DNA from: Vitrella brassicaformis CCMP3155
Taxonomy: Eukaryota; Protista; Chromerida
Assembly: GCA_001179505.1 (NCBI GenBank)
Contig: CDMY01000913.1
Coordinates: 1-10,947 of the forward strand
Direction: 5' to 3'
Length of the DNA: 10,947 bases
Positions within the stretch are counted from its first letter, which is position 1. Every line of letters begins with the position of its first letter. The notes under the pieces are model-generated. The model had not been told where the DNA came from. It saw only the letters and a list, made by a program, of their open reading frames with translations, and did not search any database. Shown here piece after piece: positions 8,051-10,947 of this stretch. Made by a program: the position numbers and the translations under genes.

Positions 8051-8892
8051 ACGGTCGGGAACTTTGCTGGCTGCATCCAGCTATAGCAGGCATCACAGTG
8101 TGTGCTCGACTGTCTGATGGACTCATAGGGCAACGGAAGCGATTCATTGGTGCATGCATTCATGTTACTTCCTTACTTGTGAAAGCAGTCAAGCGTGGTC
8201 TCGAGTGCGTTGCCGTTCAGAGATGGAAAGATTGAATTCGTCATTCCGAGACTACTTCAAACGAATAACACATTTGTCGCATCGATAGTCTTTGCACCTT
8301 CCCTCGTTTGCCCAGTCTCGCACCTCTGTCCCCTTCAACGACGAAAAATAAGCAACAAAAACACGGCTTGATAGCCACAAGGAAGCAACAAAAAAGATAC
8401 GACGATCCTGAACTCAAAATAAGACAGGACGCGCCTGCACATAAACGAGAGAATCAGAGAAAGCTCGTCTCCTGTCTGGCAGTTTCGATGCCTCCCGAAA
8501 AACTGACTGATCTGCTATGAAGAAGAACTGACCTGCCCTTTTCCGCCAAGACATGAAAAACATACATACATCCATGCGTACACAGAGGCACACCGACAGG
8601 CATACCCACAGGCATCATCTCTCATTGAAGAAATGCTGATCGCAGAAAAAGACACCCGACAAGGCGGTAGACAGCCGAGCAGAAAAATACTCAGTACTAA
8701 GAGGTACTAGGACTTGATGTGTCTCACGAGCTCTTCAAAACACACAGCCCCCTTGCAAACTAAAGTCAGCTCAAGCGGTCGTTTAGGGAATATTCTGTCT
8801 GTCCCCTTCAATTAGGCCCGTCTCGAGCTTCACTCGGCCTAGTCATGCCATGCATCCGCCACACAGCCGGAGACGACCATGGATCGGGAGGC

Positions 8893-8945
8893 CACTACAA
8901 AATGCACTACGAAAGGCACTACAAAATGCACAACCACTTACAAAA
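8893..8945 (+). repeat. Short 12-bp tandem repeat (cactacaaaatg) downstream of the hydrolase
   Basis: cactacaaaatg / cactacgaaagg / cactacaaaatg plus degenerate partial units. Confidence 0.7.
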
Positions 8946-9077
8946 CACACCACCAATTGAGTGTCACTTGGTCACAAACACATTCTCAACAGTGAGCCTT
9001 TGTTTGGCCTCGTAGCGTCGCCCGAGGATGTGGTGTCGACCCGTTCTGTCGCCATGATAGCTCTCCAGCCGACCGTC

Positions 9078-9286
9078 CTATATCGTGGTATCGACGCGTC
9101 CCAATTGCATGGTATTGTAGATGTGGGCCACGACGGGGTTGGGCTTCTCCTTTCCGTCCACAATGATGTTCTCGGTAAAGTAGTTGTGGCCGAGAAGGAA
9201 GGGATCGACTCCGACGTTGAAGTCAGCGCAATCGACTGCATACACGTTGCCTGACACTTTGGTCATGTCCTCAGGGCCCGTCGTGC
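9078..9286 (-). CDS. DUF900-type hydrolase, exon 3 (to TAG 9078; the frame continues to TGA 8964)
   Basis: After a 79-nt GT-AG intron, the spliced product reads RLG-TTGPEDMTKVSGNVYAVDCADFNVGVDPFLLGHNYF. This matches the RLG..GP...V..VD.....GHxY family pattern, including the catalytic His. Confidence 0.82.
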
Positions 9287-9365
9287 CTGCACATTCGCAT
9301 CAAATGCACACGTGCGGAATGTTCGAGCGCTCTCGTTGCTCGTCCATACATCCGTGCTCCCTTAC
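9287..9365 (-). other. Spliceosomal intron 2 of the hydrolase (79 nt)
   Basis: gtaaggg...gaatgtgcag. Splicing restores the conserved RLGxxGP motif. Confidence 0.88.
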
Positions 9366-10228
9366 CTAGTCGTCGCGACCACGAGCCTTTGCTGACGAGG
9401 TTGGCATATTTGCTACCAATGAGCGCCTTGTCGTCCCACGCATGGTACACAGACACAGTACGGGCGGCCTCAGCGATCGACGAGTGCCCCTCGAGAGCTT
9501 CGTTCACGACATCCGCCGCCACCATGAAGATCCCTCGAAAGGCGTTCGCCCCCACATCATCCTCGATCTTGGCCAGATCCATCGTGCTGAGAAGCAATCG
9601 ATTGCCCATAGAGTGCGCCATCACGTACGGCCACTTGGCTTCATCCGCAGGAACGGGTTGCTGGAGCCGGCTCCACTTGAGAAACTTGCCCAACGCTACT
9701 TCGAAGGCGGCCGCAGACATGTGGGCAGCGATTTGGTCACTCCAGTAGTCACGGAGGATGCCGAAGCGATTGCCGCAAGGCCAGATGAGGAGGACGATCT
9801 GAGTGTTGTTGGGTTCGATCGAGTCGAACTGCGCTTGAAGGGCGGCAGCCTGTGTGAAGACGCCGTACTCCCAAGGGGAGGTCTCCGGCTCCGAGTTGAA
9901 GCCGTGGATATAGAACAAGACGTGCTTGGCCTTGCTGTTCCACAGATCGTCTGCATGCATGAAGGGAAAGGGGTCGACACAGAGATGTGGGAATCTATCG
10001 CATGACATTGTGGATGGCTTACCGATGAAGGTGGAGGCGCTGATCACTTCGTGGCCATCAGGGTGGTCGGGGTCGAAGCGGCAATAGCGCACAATCGCGC
10101 GAGGCTGGTTGTTTGCCTCATCGAATTTGACCCGACCGAGGGAGAGGGCATCCATCTCTTCCTTGGCCCCCTTCGGGTCAAACTGGCGGTCCTTGTTCAT
10201 CATATGGTTCGTGATGAACAGCATTCCT
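9366..10228 (-). CDS. DUF900 / COG4782-type alpha/beta hydrolase, exon 2
   Basis: Motifs VLFYIHGFN, LIWPC, nucleophile elbow AHSMGNR, MVAADV and VYHAWDDKALIGSKYAN...RRLG. It is flanked by a tgcag acceptor (10229) and a GTAAG donor (9365). The 863-nt length keeps phase. Confidence 0.85.
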
Positions 10229-10305
10229 CTGCAGCACGCATACCCACAACACACGGCATAGACTCATCACTCATGTACCGTGCCTCATCGGGTGCAATGG
10301 CTTAC
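10229..10305 (-). other. Spliceosomal intron 1 of the hydrolase (77 nt)
   Basis: gtaagcc...gcgtgctgcag. Splicing preserves the frame. Confidence 0.72.
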
Positions 10306-10406
10306 TTATGAGGCCTCACAGTGTCGAGGTTCCCTGCAATGGCCGCCATCGTGCTCAGCACAACGCAGAGGACGACGGCCGACTGAAGAGCTCGATATCC
10401 TTACAT
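10306..10406 (-). CDS. DUF900-type alpha/beta hydrolase, exon 1 (signal-peptide-like; TAA at codon 2; alternative ATG at 10349)
   Basis: cacc ATG TAA GGA... reads M*GYRALQSAVVLCVVLSTMAAIAGNLDTVRPH. The exon ends at a GTAAG donor (10305) and joins exon 2 in frame (AA|A = Lys). Confidence 0.6.
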
Positions 10407-10947
10407 GGTGACTGACGGCTTCGCAAGAGGTGGATCCGCTGGATCAGCAGCAGGTGGAGTGATGGGAGATTTGAGCCCGTTGAGGTAGTCGGCCTGTCTG
10501 GGACACGCGTGGGACTGTGGGACATGGGAACAGAGGAGCGGTCGAGTGAACGATAGTCAGGGATGTGGGTGGAACAGATTGCTGATGTGATGCCGAATGT
10601 TGCATGCGAGTGGGGCCAGTTGCGTTTGCGTAACGACTCGGCATGTTGAGAAAAGTGCCCAGTCTAAGTGGTGGAAGCTGCGTGCGCGGCTGGGGGCCTT
10701 GGGTCAGCTCCCTTTGGAGAACCGCATCGGAATCAGCTACAGAACCAAGGGAGATGTCAGTCAAACTCGTCGGCACGAAGAGTCCATCAGCATGCATACA
10801 ATAACTAGACCAAGTGTCCCTGCTATTCGATTACTGCAAACAAGCCATGACCCGACCCCTGTCCGCCCCTAAGACCCCACTGCCCTTCATCCATCCCACA
10901 CGTGTAGGGTGCACATTGGTAATGCCCCGGAAAGAGTACCCGCCAGC

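Noticed and set aside
8972-10311. Alternative-frame and plus-strand ORFs over the hydrolase gene
   Set aside because: Shadows of the spliced hydrolase CDS.
10384-10405. Possible 22-nt GT-AG micro-intron removing the TAA after the hydrolase ATG
   Set aside because: Splicing it destroys the ATG (AT|T) and shifts the frame. The other introns here are 77-79 nt.
10444-10872. ORFs 10444-10797 (-) and 10597-10872 (+)
   Set aside because: No motifs. More likely the upstream region or UTR of the hydrolase gene.

Overview
GC-rich eukaryotic DNA with short GTAAG...TGCAG introns and CA/GT-rich spacers. The style resembles chromerid or alveolate genomes such as Vitrella, but that is inference only. Everything recognisable lies on the minus strand. 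The main feature is a ~5.6-kb composite insertion (1455-7065, including a 300-N gap) of an RLE-type, CRE-clade-like non-LTR retrotransposon. It is bounded by a 15-bp target-site duplication (1440-1454 and 7066-7080, 14/15 identical) and splits the last exon of a bacterial-type EEP (ExeM/NucH-like) nuclease gene. Read in element orientation, the insertion is: copy A 5' half, gap, overlapping decayed copy B (RT, CCHC, RLE, short 3' UTR), 610 nt of foreign cargo with three 60-bp repeats, a second copy of the element's last 124 bp, and an A-rich tail. The RT carries an unusual ~80-aa acidic insertion between the QGD and YADD motifs. To the right lie more 60-bp repeats, a frameshifted relic of a second CRE-like family (7740-8050), and a three-exon DUF900-type alpha/beta-hydrolase gene with two in-frame stops. 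Positions 1-1200, 8060-8890 and 10410-10947 are unassigned.
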